In this document: one piece after another, positions 15,773 through 26,312 of the stretch
Layout: every line of letters begins with the position of its first letter
Numbering within the stretch: position 1 is the stretch's first letter
IMG/VR virus record: IMGVR_UViG_3300040810_000833
Coordinates: 1-64,000 of that record
Reading direction: 5' to 3' (one strand)
Source of the DNA: a virus
Lineage: Duplodnaviria > Heunggongvirae > Uroviricota > Caudoviricetes
DNA length: 64,000 nucleotides
Notes under the pieces: generated by a model
What the model saw: the letters and a program-made list of their open reading frames with translations, nothing else
Told to the model about the DNA's origin: nothing
Database searches by the model: none
Made by a program: the position numbers and the translations under genes

Positions 15773-17191
15773 ATGAGCATAAATTTGTTCCAGCACGAAA
15801 TAAATGACGGTCTTGGTGATCGTTTATCTAAAGAAAATTCGGTAGCCTTCGAGTGCGAAATACTTGGTTCGGCTTCTGAAGTCCCGGTTGATCAATCAGA
15901 GGTTAATCAAGCCTTGGCTTTTCTTGATGTTGATCAAGGGGCGGATCTTTACCGACTTAATTCAGTGTTGGTTTCTTCCGGCTGGAATAAAAACGATGAT
16001 GTTTTTTCTGCCGCTGATTTGTGGAAGGCAAGAAAAACCCCAATCCACAAACCTTTCAATTACATGCATGATGATTCTGATATCATTGGTCATATTGTCG
16101 CTTCTATGGCTATGGACGAATCTGGGCTTCGTCTTAGTGAAGAGATGTCAGACGAAGATATTCCAGAGCATATAGACATAATTACAAGTGCCGTTATATA
16201 CAAAACGCGAGCAAGTGCAGAGCAGCGACAAAGAATCGCTGAGTTAATTTCTGGGATAGAGCAGGGCAAATGGTCTGTCTCCATGGAGTGCTTTTTTAAT
16301 CATTTTGATTATGCAATTACCAGTCCCGATGAATCACAAAGAGTTCTAGCACGAAGCGAAGAATCCGCCTTCTTAACGAAGCATCTTAGGGTTTATGGCG
16401 GAACCGGAGAATTTCAAGGCCACAAAATTGGCAGACTTCTTAGGGGGTTTGCCTTTTCTGGTAAAGGGCTTGTTTCTAAACCAGCAAATCCCAGAAGTAT
16501 CATATTTAATCGAAAAACTAACCCCTTTGATACAAAGGCAGAGTTAGAAATAAACACATTCTTAAGTGCTACGGAGGTTGATATGGCAGATCCACAAGAG
16601 CAGACAGAAGAGCTTGGCCGACTACAGTCAGAAATTACAACTCTGAATGAGTCGATTCAAGCCACTGCTGATGCTCACAATTCTACAGTCGCAGATCTTA
16701 CGCAGAGGATTTCAGATCTTGAGCAGACGCTTGCGGCAATGGAAGATGAAAAGAAGAAAATGAAAAAAAAGCAAGATGAAACAGAAGAAGAAAATACCGC
16801 CCTTAAAAAAGGGATGAAAGGTATGCAGAGAAGAGCAAAACTAGAAAAAGCCGGTGCCTCGGACGAAGAACTGGAATCTGTTCTTGCTCAGTTTGAGGAT
16901 TCTTCTGATGAACAATTCGACGCAGTCGTTGCATTAATACAAAAGAATTCAGACGCATCAGCAGCTATCGCGGATTCGCCAGAGCAATCCTCTGACGCTT
17001 CTGAGTCCTCTGCGTCTGAAATTTCTGACGATGAAGACGAAGAAGTTGTTGTTGCTTCAGACCTTGATGACGCCGAGTCCATTGAGTCTCCGTCATTCGC
17101 TAATCCTAGTGACGAAAACCAAGAGGAGCAAAGTATTGCTACTGCGGCCGAATGGTTTAGTTCAAACATTCTTAGAACAACTCGAAAGTGA
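15773..17191 (+). CDS. scaffolding protein (possibly with an N-terminal prohead-protease-like region)
   Basis: Central coiled coil (LQSEITTLNESIQ...EDEKKKMKKKQDETEEEN) and a highly acidic Ser/Asp/Glu C-terminus; position between portal and capsid. Confidence 0.5.
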   Translation: MSINLFQHEINDGLGDRLSKENSVAFECEILGSASEVPVDQSEVNQALAFLDVDQGADLYRLNSVLVSSGWNKNDDVFSAADLWKARKTPIHKPFNYMHDDSDIIGHIVASMAMDESGLRLSEEMSDEDIPEHIDIITSAVIYKTRASAEQRQRIAELISGIEQGKWSVSMECFFNHFDYAITSPDESQRVLARSEESAFLTKHLRVYGGTGEFQGHKIGRLLRGFAFSGKGLVSKPANPRSIIFNRKTNPFDTKAELEINTFLSATEVDMADPQEQTEELGRLQSEITTLNESIQATADAHNSTVADLTQRISDLEQTLAAMEDEKKKMKKKQDETEEENTALKKGMKGMQRRAKLEKAGASDEELESVLAQFEDSSDEQFDAVVALIQKNSDASAAIADSPEQSSDASESSASEISDDEDEEVVVASDLDDAESIESPSFANPSDENQEEQSIATAAEWFSSNILRTTRK

Positions 17192-17206
17192 TAAAGGGGT
17201 AAAGTT

Positions 17207-17659
17207 ATGGCTTTAAAAGGTGATCGTCACGAGCTAGATACAGATATTTCATACTTCATGAATGAAACGGCTACTCGTGGGGTTATGGTGTCCGTAAGCA
17301 CTCAGGGTTCTGGTGCTGCTATGGACAGTTCTTCTTCTGTCGCGACTGTAGCGGCTGAAGCTTCCGGTTCAAAACCGCTTGGTATTCTCCTTAATGACGT
17401 TGTGAACATCGACCAAACTCGACAACACATCAACTGGCATAAGGACGAAGTCCAGCAGGGTAGCAAGGTCACTATCTTGACAAAAGGGTTTGTTGTTACC
17501 GATCAAATCGACGGAACACCAACTGCTGGTCAGGTAGCTTACATTGCTGATAGTGGTAAAATTTCTGGCAGCCAAGATGGTACGGCGTCAGCGATCGGTA
17601 GATTCCTTTCCACGAAGGATGCCGATGGTTATGCCAAAGTTTCAATTAACCTTCCTTGA
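17207..17659 (+). CDS. head decoration / small capsid-associated protein (putative)
   Basis: 150-aa ORF with a strong RBS between the scaffold and MCP genes. Confidence 0.3.
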   Translation: MALKGDRHELDTDISYFMNETATRGVMVSVSTQGSGAAMDSSSSVATVAAEASGSKPLGILLNDVVNIDQTRQHINWHKDEVQQGSKVTILTKGFVVTDQIDGTPTAGQVAYIADSGKISGSQDGTASAIGRFLSTKDADGYAKVSINLP

Positions 17660-17680
17660 TGAAATCGGGAGAAATCATAA

Positions 17681-18691
17681 ATGACACTACAGACTAAACC
17701 TAGTCCAGAAGTTCTGGACATGATTCAAAGATCAGCATCTTCTGATCGTGCTGTTGCTACTCAGGCGATGAATGAGTTGGCTATGGCTATCCAAACTCCT
17801 TTGCGACAGGGCGTTCTTGTTGGAGATATTGCCTCTAACATTTATGAACGTGTTCAGGTTGCTCCTGGTGCTTCTACAGAATTTCCTTTAGACCTTCTGT
17901 CTCCAGGGGAAGAATCTGACTTTGTCGCGTACGTTGCACCGTCTCACGGTAGAATCCCTGAACGAACGGTTGAGGGCGACTATGTGATGATCCCAACCTA
18001 CACGATTACCAACTCCGTTGACTGGCTGCAGCGATATGCTCGCGAAGCTAGATGGGACATTGTTGGGCGTGCTACTCAGGTTCTTGAGGCTGGGTTTGTC
18101 AAGAAAATGAATGATGATGGTTGGCATACAGTACTTGCTGCTGGTGTTGACAGAAACATTCTCGTCTATGACGCCGACGCTCAGGCTGGTCAGTTCACCA
18201 AGCGTCTCGTTTCTCTAATGAAGGTCGTTATGCGAAGAAACGCTGGGGGTAACAGTGCCTCCGTTAAGCGTGGTCAGCTTACCGACATCTACATCTCTCC
18301 AGAAGGTGTGGAAGAAATGAGAAACTGGGGTATCGATCAGCTGGACGAGGTTTCTCGAAGAGAAATCTATGTCGCCAACGATGCCGCTGGCTCTGTTTCT
18401 CGCGTGTTTGGTGTTAACCTGCATGCGATTGATGAACTTGGCGAAGGTCAAGAATATCAAACATACTTCTCTAATAGTCTAAGTGGTACTCTCGGCCCTA
18501 ATAGTGACGTAGAGCTTGTTGTCGGACTTGACCTGTCTGCAAATGACTCGTTCATGATGCCGATCAAGCAGGAAGTTACTGTTTATGACGCTGACGACCT
18601 CCGTAGACAGCAGAGAGCTGGTCTGTATGGTTTTGCAGAGCTTGGCTTTGGCGTTCTCGACAATCGTCGAGTTCTGCTTGGTAGCTTCTGA
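17681..18691 (+). CDS. major capsid protein (putative)
   Basis: 336 aa, RBS present, synteny, followed by a strong intrinsic terminator. Confidence 0.55.
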   Translation: MTLQTKPSPEVLDMIQRSASSDRAVATQAMNELAMAIQTPLRQGVLVGDIASNIYERVQVAPGASTEFPLDLLSPGEESDFVAYVAPSHGRIPERTVEGDYVMIPTYTITNSVDWLQRYAREARWDIVGRATQVLEAGFVKKMNDDGWHTVLAAGVDRNILVYDADAQAGQFTKRLVSLMKVVMRRNAGGNSASVKRGQLTDIYISPEGVEEMRNWGIDQLDEVSRREIYVANDAAGSVSRVFGVNLHAIDELGEGQEYQTYFSNSLSGTLGPNSDVELVVGLDLSANDSFMMPIKQEVTVYDADDLRRQQRAGLYGFAELGFGVLDNRRVLLGSF

Positions 18692-18713
18692 GGTTCAGAA
18701 TATAGAGCATATG

Positions 18714-18747
18714 AAGGCGGGCAAGTTTTTTGCCCGCCTTTTCTTTT
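18714..18747 (+). terminator. Rho-independent terminator after the MCP gene
   Basis: aaGGCGGGCAAgttttTTGCCCGCCttttctttt: 9-bp GC stem plus T-tract. Confidence 0.8.
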
Positions 18748-18795
18748 GGATGGTGTATAGACAAATAGAATCCGTCGCATCTAAAAGGGTACAGA

Positions 18796-21204
18796 ATGAC
18801 AGTAAAATTAGGTAATAGAGTCAAAGAATCAACCCTCACGTCTGGCACCGAGAGCATTGTTCTTGCTGGAGCAATCCCTGGGTATCAAGCGTTTTCTTCT
18901 GTTCTTTCTAGCGGCGATCAAACCTTTTACACGATTGAAAACACTCCCAACTGGGAGGTTGGCGTCGGTACATTCCTTGGAGGGGTAATTTCCCGAGATG
19001 AGGTCCTTAGCAGCTCCTCTGGCGGCTCCAAGATTTCATTATCAGGTCAGAGTTATATCTTCATCGCTTATCCGTCAGAAAGATCAGTTCGCCTTGACTC
19101 TAACGGTGCCGTTTTTGCGAAAGACGGTATTTATTTAGAAACAGGGGTGCCTATAGGCACAGGAAACGCTCTGTACAATAACCAAGGAAATCTGTACTTT
19201 AATGGGTCTCTTATTGGTGGCTCTGGGACAGCTTATAGTGCTGGCGACGGGATTGATCTCTCCGGCACGCAGTTTAGCGTAGACGGTACAGTAGCTAGGT
19301 CTGGTGACAGCATCAGCATATTTTCAAATGATTCTAGGTACACCGTTTTGCCAGCCGGTGGCACAGCGGGTCAAGAATTGTATAAGGTTGCAGACACAGG
19401 CGTTGATGTTGCTTGGAAAGACAACTATTCTGTCGAGCTAAGAGAGGTGGCTCAAAACGATACAGCCAGCGATATAACCAGGGGTACACTTGTTATGTCA
19501 GACGGTGCTTCTGGCGATACAATAAAAATCGCACCGGCTGTTACAAATGGGTCTGTTGAAGCTAGGTATATCCTTGGTCTTGCCACTGAAACAATCCCAG
19601 CCAACGGTGGTCGGGGTGATGTTACATTTTTTGGCCCGTTTAAAGGATACGACACAAGCCTGTACAGCGTTGGCACCGTGCTTTATAACGACCCGAACAA
19701 CGACGGCCAACTAAGTTCTTCGGTTCCAACCTCGCCAGAACTCTCTATGTCTGTGGCTATAGTTACTAAGGTCGGGAATAGCTCTTCTGGTAGATTGTTT
19801 GTTAGGATGTGGACGCAACAAGAAGGGCTTCATGAACTACATGATGTTGCGATCGATGCGGCTTCTAGTGGGGACGGCATTAAGTACACAGGATCAACCT
19901 GGGTTCCTGATTCCAACTTGATTCACAGCGGAGACAACGTTAGCGTGCTCAACAATGACGCCGGGTACCTGACTTCGCATCCGTCGGTTTCTGCCGCAAG
20001 CGGCAGCGACAACTCCGGCAGAACATATATACAGGACGTATTCCTCGACCAATACGGGCACGTAACCGAGCTTGTAACAGCGACAGAGACCGTGGTAGAC
20101 ACAGACACGACCTATACTGCAGGCACCGGACTGTCGCTGGTCGGGACTGAATTCAATATCGACCAAACAGTCGTGCAGTCCGGAGACAACGTTAGCGTGC
20201 TCAACAATGACGCCGGGTACCTGACTTCGCATCCGTCGGTTTCTGCCGCAAGCGGCAGCGACAACTCCGGCAGAACATATATACAGGACGTATTCCTCGA
20301 CCAATACGGGCATGTAACCGGGCTTGTAACAGCGACAGAGACCGTGGTAGACACAGACACGACCTACACTGCAGGCACTGGACTGTCGTTGGTCGGGACT
20401 GAGTTTAGTATTGACTCTTCAGTTCTTCAGTTTTCTGACTTGACTTCTGGATCTATTACTTCAGGCACAGGAGATATAGATTTATCCCAAGGGTCTACAG
20501 GAGATGTATTAACTCAACAGAGCGACGGATCATTAGCTATGTCCGCTCCCGCAGGCGGTGGAATCGGCGGCAGCACTGGGGCCACGGATAACGCAGTGTT
20601 GCGGGCTGATGGCACTGATGACAAAACGCTACAGGGGTCGGTGGCCACGATTGATGACGCCGGAAATCTGACAGCGGCAAAGTTATCTGCGGTTAGTTTT
20701 GTGCAGACAAACTGGGGCTGGTTTTATCGCGGAACCACCGCAATGATGACGCTTGATCCTAATCGAGTTAGGGTAAACAACTTCCCAATCACCGGGCTGT
20801 CGCAGCTCAATTGGAGCACTCCGGGCCAGGTTGATCTGCAACCAGTCGCAGCGGATCATCTGTCACAGCATCGCAGCACCAACCCCCAGACGTTTTCGAT
20901 CGCCAACACCTACACCAGCACCACAAGTTATGAACGTCTAGAAATCGGCTGGGATACGAACGTTGCGACAATCAACACGACGGCGGGTAGTGCTGGAGGT
21001 GCAGTTCGAGATCTACACATACAAAACTGTATAAAGATCAACGGTCAAAATGAAGCGGTCGAAGAAATCGTTTTCAAGGTCTATTCTGACGCAACTCGCC
21101 CCGCAGCAGGCACTGCTGGTCGGATAATATACAACTCGGATGATGGCAACCTGAATATCGACAACGGCACCAACTGGATTCTGCCTGACGGAACTACAAC
21201 GTAA
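18796..21204 (+). CDS. fibre protein with tandem repeats (head or tail fibre)
   Basis: 802 aa, Ser/Thr/Gly-rich; contains two near-identical 84-aa units plus older diverged copies (GDGIDLSGTQFSVDG / GTGLSLVGTEFNID). Confidence 0.5.
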   Translation: MTVKLGNRVKESTLTSGTESIVLAGAIPGYQAFSSVLSSGDQTFYTIENTPNWEVGVGTFLGGVISRDEVLSSSSGGSKISLSGQSYIFIAYPSERSVRLDSNGAVFAKDGIYLETGVPIGTGNALYNNQGNLYFNGSLIGGSGTAYSAGDGIDLSGTQFSVDGTVARSGDSISIFSNDSRYTVLPAGGTAGQELYKVADTGVDVAWKDNYSVELREVAQNDTASDITRGTLVMSDGASGDTIKIAPAVTNGSVEARYILGLATETIPANGGRGDVTFFGPFKGYDTSLYSVGTVLYNDPNNDGQLSSSVPTSPELSMSVAIVTKVGNSSSGRLFVRMWTQQEGLHELHDVAIDAASSGDGIKYTGSTWVPDSNLIHSGDNVSVLNNDAGYLTSHPSVSAASGSDNSGRTYIQDVFLDQYGHVTELVTATETVVDTDTTYTAGTGLSLVGTEFNIDQTVVQSGDNVSVLNNDAGYLTSHPSVSAASGSDNSGRTYIQDVFLDQYGHVTGLVTATETVVDTDTTYTAGTGLSLVGTEFSIDSSVLQFSDLTSGSITSGTGDIDLSQGSTGDVLTQQSDGSLAMSAPAGGGIGGSTGATDNAVLRADGTDDKTLQGSVATIDDAGNLTAAKLSAVSFVQTNWGWFYRGTTAMMTLDPNRVRVNNFPITGLSQLNWSTPGQVDLQPVAADHLSQHRSTNPQTFSIANTYTSTTSYERLEIGWDTNVATINTTAGSAGGAVRDLHIQNCIKINGQNEAVEEIVFKVYSDATRPAAGTAGRIIYNSDDGNLNIDNGTNWILPDGTTT
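19930..20433 (+). repeat. Near-perfect 252-bp tandem duplication (2 units) inside the fibre gene
   Basis: Units 19930-20181 and 20182-20433 differ at only a handful of positions. Confidence 0.9.
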
Positions 21205-21283
21205 TTGATTTTTAAAACAACACTCGCAACAGTACTTTTGTGAAAATAAAACTAAGCTTATAAATAAAAAACAGGAGAAGAAA

Positions 21284-21694
21284 ATGCTTTCATCAGCCAA
21301 AGTGGAAGTTTTAGAAAACACAGTAAATTATGAAGAATTTGCAAAAAACAAATGCTTGACAATAAACAGCTGCATCGACAGTATTTACAGAAACTGGGTT
21401 AATTCTTACGAAGAGTTCTATGGGATAAACCCCAATGGGGGAAGCAGGCATTCTAGCGAAGAATTTGAAAGGATATTAAGGTTTATACCAGTCGCAAGCC
21501 TTGTTAAAATTTTAAGAAACTCTTCATCGTTTATTGAACTGATAGACACTATAGCACCAGGTGAACTGCCAAACAAGTACAGATCACCAGCCTTTGAAGT
21601 TTCTTTTTCTAGTTCGGGGGTGGTTGTTGGCCCACTAAAACCCGGATGGCAAGAAAAGGAATCAACGCAGGAAGAAGAGCCAAATGTTTTGTGA
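21284..21694 (+). CDS. hypothetical protein (136 aa)
   Basis: ORF with RBS aggagaag. Confidence 0.4.
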   Translation: MLSSAKVEVLENTVNYEEFAKNKCLTINSCIDSIYRNWVNSYEEFYGINPNGGSRHSSEEFERILRFIPVASLVKILRNSSSFIELIDTIAPGELPNKYRSPAFEVSFSSSGVVVGPLKPGWQEKESTQEEEPNVL

Positions 21695-21768
21695 CTCACC
21701 AATTTGCGACAAGCCGTTTTCGTCCGTGGTATCGGTAATAATACTCAATGGAGAAGTCTTTTATTTTA

Positions 21769-21803
21769 ACTTCGACTTGTCGCTGTCGAAATCCTTTGTT
21801 TTA
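21769..21803 (+). terminator. Possible terminator hairpin (cttcgac-ttgtcgctg-tcgaa + tcctttgtttt)
   Basis: 6-bp stem followed by a T-rich tract. Confidence 0.35.
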
Positions 21804-21849
21804 AACATAACTCCATCTTTTGGAACAGTAGTTTACTTGTGAGGAAATA

Positions 21850-22155
21850 ATGGCAAGCGAAATTCACGTCGGCGACATTGGCACCCAGTTAATCGCAACT
21901 GTAAAAAACGGAACCTCTGTCGTTGATATCTCCTCTGCATCCTCTCTAGTTATAACACTGAGAAAGCCAGACGGCGAATCATATGAAAAAACAGCACTAC
22001 TTCACTCTGACGGAACTGACGGCAAAATGTATTACGTTTCTGTACCCGGGGACTTCAGTGCTCCCGGAAAATACAAAATACAAGGACGTGTATCTATAGA
22101 CGGGGCGACTTATTCAAGCAGCATAGAGTCCTTCACTGTTTACTGCAATATATGA
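21850..22155 (+). CDS. hypothetical structural protein (101 aa), possibly Ig-like
   Basis: Beta-rich composition; RBS gaggaaataATG. Confidence 0.4.
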   Translation: MASEIHVGDIGTQLIATVKNGTSVVDISSASSLVITLRKPDGESYEKTALLHSDGTDGKMYYVSVPGDFSAPGKYKIQGRVSIDGATYSSSIESFTVYCNI

Positions 22156-22163
22156 GGTGATTT

Positions 22164-22691
22164 ATGTCTTGGCAAGGCGAAATGTCCACAATTGTACGAC
22201 ACCTAATCTCCGATTTGGATTCTTCGAATTATACATACAGTGATTCCAGAATAGAGACTTCTATTTTGGTAGCGGCACAGATCGTTTTGGTTGAGGTTCA
22301 ATTTGAAAACACCTACACTGTCGACGTAGAGCAATGCTACTTAAATCCAGACCCGACAGACCCAAAAACAGGTTTGGCGACAGCAAATAAGGATGATGGT
22401 TTCATTAACCTTGTTTCGCTAAAATCGGCATGTATAATTCTTGGTAGCGAAATGAAGACTCAGTCGAGAAACGCTATCAGGATTACTGACGGACCTAGCA
22501 CCATGGACTTTACGGCCGTTGCTGCAAACACAAAGTTTCTTTATGAGTTTGCATGCAAGCAATACGATGAATACAAATTTAACTACGCCGCAGGAAACAC
22601 CCCTGTCGGAAAAGCAATACTTAGCCCTTACTCACCAGGCAGCGACATGATCTATCGTCAAGACAACGTCAGCCGCCAATACATAAGGTAA
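22164..22691 (+). CDS. hypothetical head-tail connector region protein (175 aa)
   Basis: ORF, synteny. Confidence 0.4.
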   Translation: MSWQGEMSTIVRHLISDLDSSNYTYSDSRIETSILVAAQIVLVEVQFENTYTVDVEQCYLNPDPTDPKTGLATANKDDGFINLVSLKSACIILGSEMKTQSRNAIRITDGPSTMDFTAVAANTKFLYEFACKQYDEYKFNYAAGNTPVGKAILSPYSPGSDMIYRQDNVSRQYIR

Positions 22692-22697
22692 TTTATC

Positions 22698-22901
22698 ATG
22701 GCAGACGTCATAACAAAAGCAGTACCAGCAAACGATTACAACAATGGAGGCCTTTTGGTTTCTAACGGCGGGATAGATTTAATAACTGACAATTCAAAGA
22801 TAGATCCGAAGGTTAATAAGGTCGATCAAATCAACGTACAGAGTGGTGTGCTTGACAGCAGATTCGACGACGTAAGATATTATACTGGCGACATTGCATG
22901 A
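22698..22901 (+). CDS. hypothetical small protein (67 aa)
   Basis: ORF translationally coupled to the next gene (ATGA overlap). Confidence 0.35.
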   Translation: MADVITKAVPANDYNNGGLLVSNGGIDLITDNSKIDPKVNKVDQINVQSGVLDSRFDDVRYYTGDIA

Positions 22902-23374
22902 CTTTTGAGATACCCTCAGAGGTTTTATCAAAATACACAGAGGCTGCAGATGCTATGCTAAGCACGAGCGGTTTTGGCACGCCTTGTAAAATAATTTATG
23001 TTGATAAAATATCAACCACGGAAACAAACCTTCCTGATTTTAGGAAAAGAAATAGCATGCACCCGTCAGGCGGCGGTGGGTCTTTTTCTCGCGGGGTTCA
23101 ATCATATAAAACCGTAGAGGTTTCTGACAGTATTACACTTCGCGTCTATTGGGATCAAAAGGATTTCAAGAAGTTTGGAAACGTACAGGTCCCTGACGGA
23201 GCCATTATGACGATAGGTAAATACTCAGACTTAGAGAAAATACAAAAGGCAACCGCATTAGTCATAGACTCCGAAAGAACAAACCATACGGAGTGGAGGT
23301 TTGAAAAAAAATCAGAGCCAACAATTCATGGCTTGACTCAAAATTATTTCATGTGCGTTTGGATTAGAGCATAA
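22898..23374 (+). CDS. hypothetical protein (158 aa)
   Basis: ORF, coupled. Confidence 0.4.
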   Translation: MTFEIPSEVLSKYTEAADAMLSTSGFGTPCKIIYVDKISTTETNLPDFRKRNSMHPSGGGGSFSRGVQSYKTVEVSDSITLRVYWDQKDFKKFGNVQVPDGAIMTIGKYSDLEKIQKATALVIDSERTNHTEWRFEKKSEPTIHGLTQNYFMCVWIRA

Positions 23375-24051
23375 TGTCTAAATTTGCCAGCACAAGAATC
23401 ACCGCAGGAATTTCCCTGAAGAATGGAGGGGCACAACTCCAAGAAATAATAAAGCGTGACATTGCAGACAGGGCATTTAGAAATAAGTCTTTAATAGCAT
23501 CGACGATATCGCCTATCGTTCAACAGCTGGTTTCTCGGCAGATAAGAAATTCCCCTACCGTTACATCGCTGACGTCTGGAATTCTCAGGGATGAATTCGG
23601 ACTGAACGCTGCGGACGCAGAGACAACAACCTCAGACATCATTTCTGAGTTAACATCAAGAATTTCTGTAGCGGCTAATGGAAGATCGGGTCTTTATGCT
23701 CTTGGTTTTTCCATCCGGATGTTTCCAGTGACTGAGGAATTGATCAAAAAAATAACAACAGGGCAGTATGTTAGCAGCAGAGGTAAAAACGTTCAATGGT
23801 TGGAGTGGTTGCTCACTAGAGGTGGAGAGGTTATTCTTCCAGAGTATCGCCTTTTTAATGATGCTGCTGGAAGCACTAGGTCTGGCGGCGACTCGATCAT
23901 GATCGCTAGTGGTCGTAAAAGAGACGCCTTCCGTATTGATCACGAATATTCTGGCACTATTGATGATAATTTTATTACGCGATCAATAGAAGAGGTTCAT
24001 CCGCAGATTATTCAGATAATAGCTAACGCCGTGGTGGGGAGCATAAAATGA
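23374..24051 (+). CDS. hypothetical protein (225 aa), possible tail-completion/neck
   Basis: ORF, coupled. Confidence 0.4.
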   Translation: MSKFASTRITAGISLKNGGAQLQEIIKRDIADRAFRNKSLIASTISPIVQQLVSRQIRNSPTVTSLTSGILRDEFGLNAADAETTTSDIISELTSRISVAANGRSGLYALGFSIRMFPVTEELIKKITTGQYVSSRGKNVQWLEWLLTRGGEVILPEYRLFNDAAGSTRSGGDSIMIASGRKRDAFRIDHEYSGTIDDNFITRSIEEVHPQIIQIIANAVVGSIK

Positions 24052-24983
24052 GTAGATTAAAAGGTTTTGAAGTATTTGGAGACTCCACAGTCACCAATGA
24101 TGTTCGCGAGAATCTAATCTCTCATTTTGACTATGGTTTGTTGGAGAAGGGTGCTTATCAAAACGTTACACTTGGAGAGGCGACCGACTATGGAGGAATT
24201 CCATCTGTTTTACGTTCCGTGTCAGACCCTAGATTTACAGACGGTCAAGTGTGGGAGGGTGCTAGAAGCAACTGGATTTGGGAGTCTGGGCTTGGTGCAT
24301 TTACAAACAGCACCACCGCCTACCCTGGCGTTTCTGGCATTTATGTAAATGATGTGTTTTATGAACCATCAGAGACGGGATCTTACTCATACCATATTAA
24401 TCACCCTCTCGGCAGGGTTGTTTTCGATTCTCCAATATCTGCCGCTTCTAGTGTTAAGTGTGAGTACAGCTATAAATACGTGAATGTGTGTCAGGTTGAT
24501 GGGATTGGCTGGTTTCAGGAAATACAAAGACAGTCCGAGCATTCAGAGGACACACAAACCCCACTTCCATTATCTCAAAATAGAATTCAACTTCCTGCAA
24601 TCGGTATAGAGCTTGTCAATTCCAGAAGTATGAAGCCTTTTGCACTTGGTGGCGGTCAATATGTTCCAACAAACTTTCTGTTTCACTGTGTCGCGGAAAA
24701 CAGTTATATAAGAGATCATTTGCTTGATATAGTTACTCTTCAAAAAGAGAGTATATTTAATACATATAGTTCGGACTTAATAGCTGCCGCCAATGCATTT
24801 CCTTTGGGGTATGATGGCGTTCCTGTGTCTGGGGCTATGTCCTACCCAAGCCTTGTTTCCAGTTACCCCGGACCAAAAATAAGAATAGTTGATGTTTCCA
24901 TTGACTCAAATTATTCTTTGGGAACAAATCTATATGTTGGCACCGCCAAAGTGTCCACTGAGTGTATTCTTTTTGGTGTATAA
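24048..24983 (+). CDS. hypothetical structural protein (311 aa)
   Basis: ORF, coupled. Confidence 0.4.
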   Translation: MSRLKGFEVFGDSTVTNDVRENLISHFDYGLLEKGAYQNVTLGEATDYGGIPSVLRSVSDPRFTDGQVWEGARSNWIWESGLGAFTNSTTAYPGVSGIYVNDVFYEPSETGSYSYHINHPLGRVVFDSPISAASSVKCEYSYKYVNVCQVDGIGWFQEIQRQSEHSEDTQTPLPLSQNRIQLPAIGIELVNSRSMKPFALGGGQYVPTNFLFHCVAENSYIRDHLLDIVTLQKESIFNTYSSDLIAAANAFPLGYDGVPVSGAMSYPSLVSSYPGPKIRIVDVSIDSNYSLGTNLYVGTAKVSTECILFGV

Positions 24984-25026
24984 TAACTTGAATTCTGAAA
25001 AATTTCTCTAATACGGAGTTTGAAAT

Positions 25027-26265
25027 ATGGCTTATCCTACCAACACAAATAATAGGGTTTTTTACGCGACTCAGGCTGTCGCTATTGGCGATCATAACGC
25101 GACTGGCGTCCTTGATAGCTGGCCGGGGTCTGGTGCAACAGCACTAGATGGCAATGGCGAGTTAATGGTGATGCATGGCCTTCAATCTATCGGCGTTTCT
25201 ACAAACTTTAACCTAGACCCAATCTTTGAGCTTGGTCAGCTTTCTCTGTATGAAAACTACGAAGAAATTCCTGATATTGAGCTTACATTCGAAAAGGTTC
25301 TAGACGGGTACACACTTACTTATCATGCGGGCACTGTCTCTGCGGCGAACCCAACACTGACTGGTCGTGCAAACGCAAGAGCGGATATCCGTGCTGTTAT
25401 TGGTTATGATACAGAAAGTGCGATTGTTGCTGGTGGAAGCAACAGCGGCTTGGCAGAGCTTTATTGCCCTGGTATGTACTTGAGTTCCGAATCCATCAGT
25501 CTTTCTACCGATGGAAACTTTACAGAAAGCACAACTTTTGTCGGTAATGATAAACGATGGCTGTCTGACGCTGCAGGCCTTCTGATTCAAGACGCGAACG
25601 GAACGCTTGCTGACGTTTTTGATGCGAACGTTTTTGGCAGCGATACTCCGCAGGGTGTTGGTAATAGTGTCCTAAGACGACAGAACGTTGTGGTTGGGTC
25701 AACCGGAATTGCACTTGGTGCTGCGTCTCAATACTTCAGGACGGTTGTCCCAGACTTCATCGAGGGTACATCTACTGGAGCTATCGGAATTGAAGGTTCG
25801 GCGGCAGGAACCGGGCTGAATCAAAGGTGTTCATACATTCCTGCTGGTGGCGGGGTTTATGTCAACTCTTTCTCTGTCAGTGTTGATCTTGGTAGAGAGT
25901 CTATCAATCAACTTGGAAAGAAAGCACCTTATACTCGATACGTCAATTTTCCAGTAGAAGTTACATCTGAGATCGAGGTAACTGCAACTGCTGGTGATAA
26001 TATCGACGCATACGAAGAAGGCCAACCGTCACTAGGTGGAAAAAACCTTACTGACCACTCGCTTCAGTTTGTTACTGATGACAGTATGGTTGTCTCGCTT
26101 GGAAACAAAAACAAGGTTACGAGCGTCAGCTATGGCGGTGGCGATGCTGGTGGCGGAAATGCTACAAACACTTACTCGATGAGTAACTACAACGACTTCG
26201 TGTTGCTTCATTCCGGCGACCCAATCTCACTCTCCGGTTCTAGTTACTTCAAGAACTGGTTCTGA
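25027..26265 (+). CDS. major tail (tube) protein (putative)
   Basis: 412 aa with a strong RBS, positioned before the chaperone-sized genes and the tape measure; no sheath-sized gene is present. Confidence 0.45.
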   Translation: MAYPTNTNNRVFYATQAVAIGDHNATGVLDSWPGSGATALDGNGELMVMHGLQSIGVSTNFNLDPIFELGQLSLYENYEEIPDIELTFEKVLDGYTLTYHAGTVSAANPTLTGRANARADIRAVIGYDTESAIVAGGSNSGLAELYCPGMYLSSESISLSTDGNFTESTTFVGNDKRWLSDAAGLLIQDANGTLADVFDANVFGSDTPQGVGNSVLRRQNVVVGSTGIALGAASQYFRTVVPDFIEGTSTGAIGIEGSAAGTGLNQRCSYIPAGGGVYVNSFSVSVDLGRESINQLGKKAPYTRYVNFPVEVTSEIEVTATAGDNIDAYEEGQPSLGGKNLTDHSLQFVTDDSMVVSLGNKNKVTSVSYGGGDAGGGNATNTYSMSNYNDFVLLHSGDPISLSGSSYFKNWF

Positions 26266-26278
26266 CGTAAAGACACAT

Positions 26279-26299
26279 AGCCCTAGCTGTTCTAGGGCT
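26279..26299 (+). terminator. Hairpin agccctag-ctgtt-ctagggct (weak terminator candidate)
   Basis: 8-bp stem but no T-tract. Confidence 0.25.
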
Positions 26300-26312
26300 T
26301 AGGAAACCCAAG

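Noticed and set aside
19452-20360. Minus-strand ORFs inside the fibre gene (e.g. 19894..20313, duplicated 61/82-aa ORFs)
   Set aside because: They mirror the 252-bp tandem duplication on the antisense strand of a well-supported long gene, with no RBS or context.
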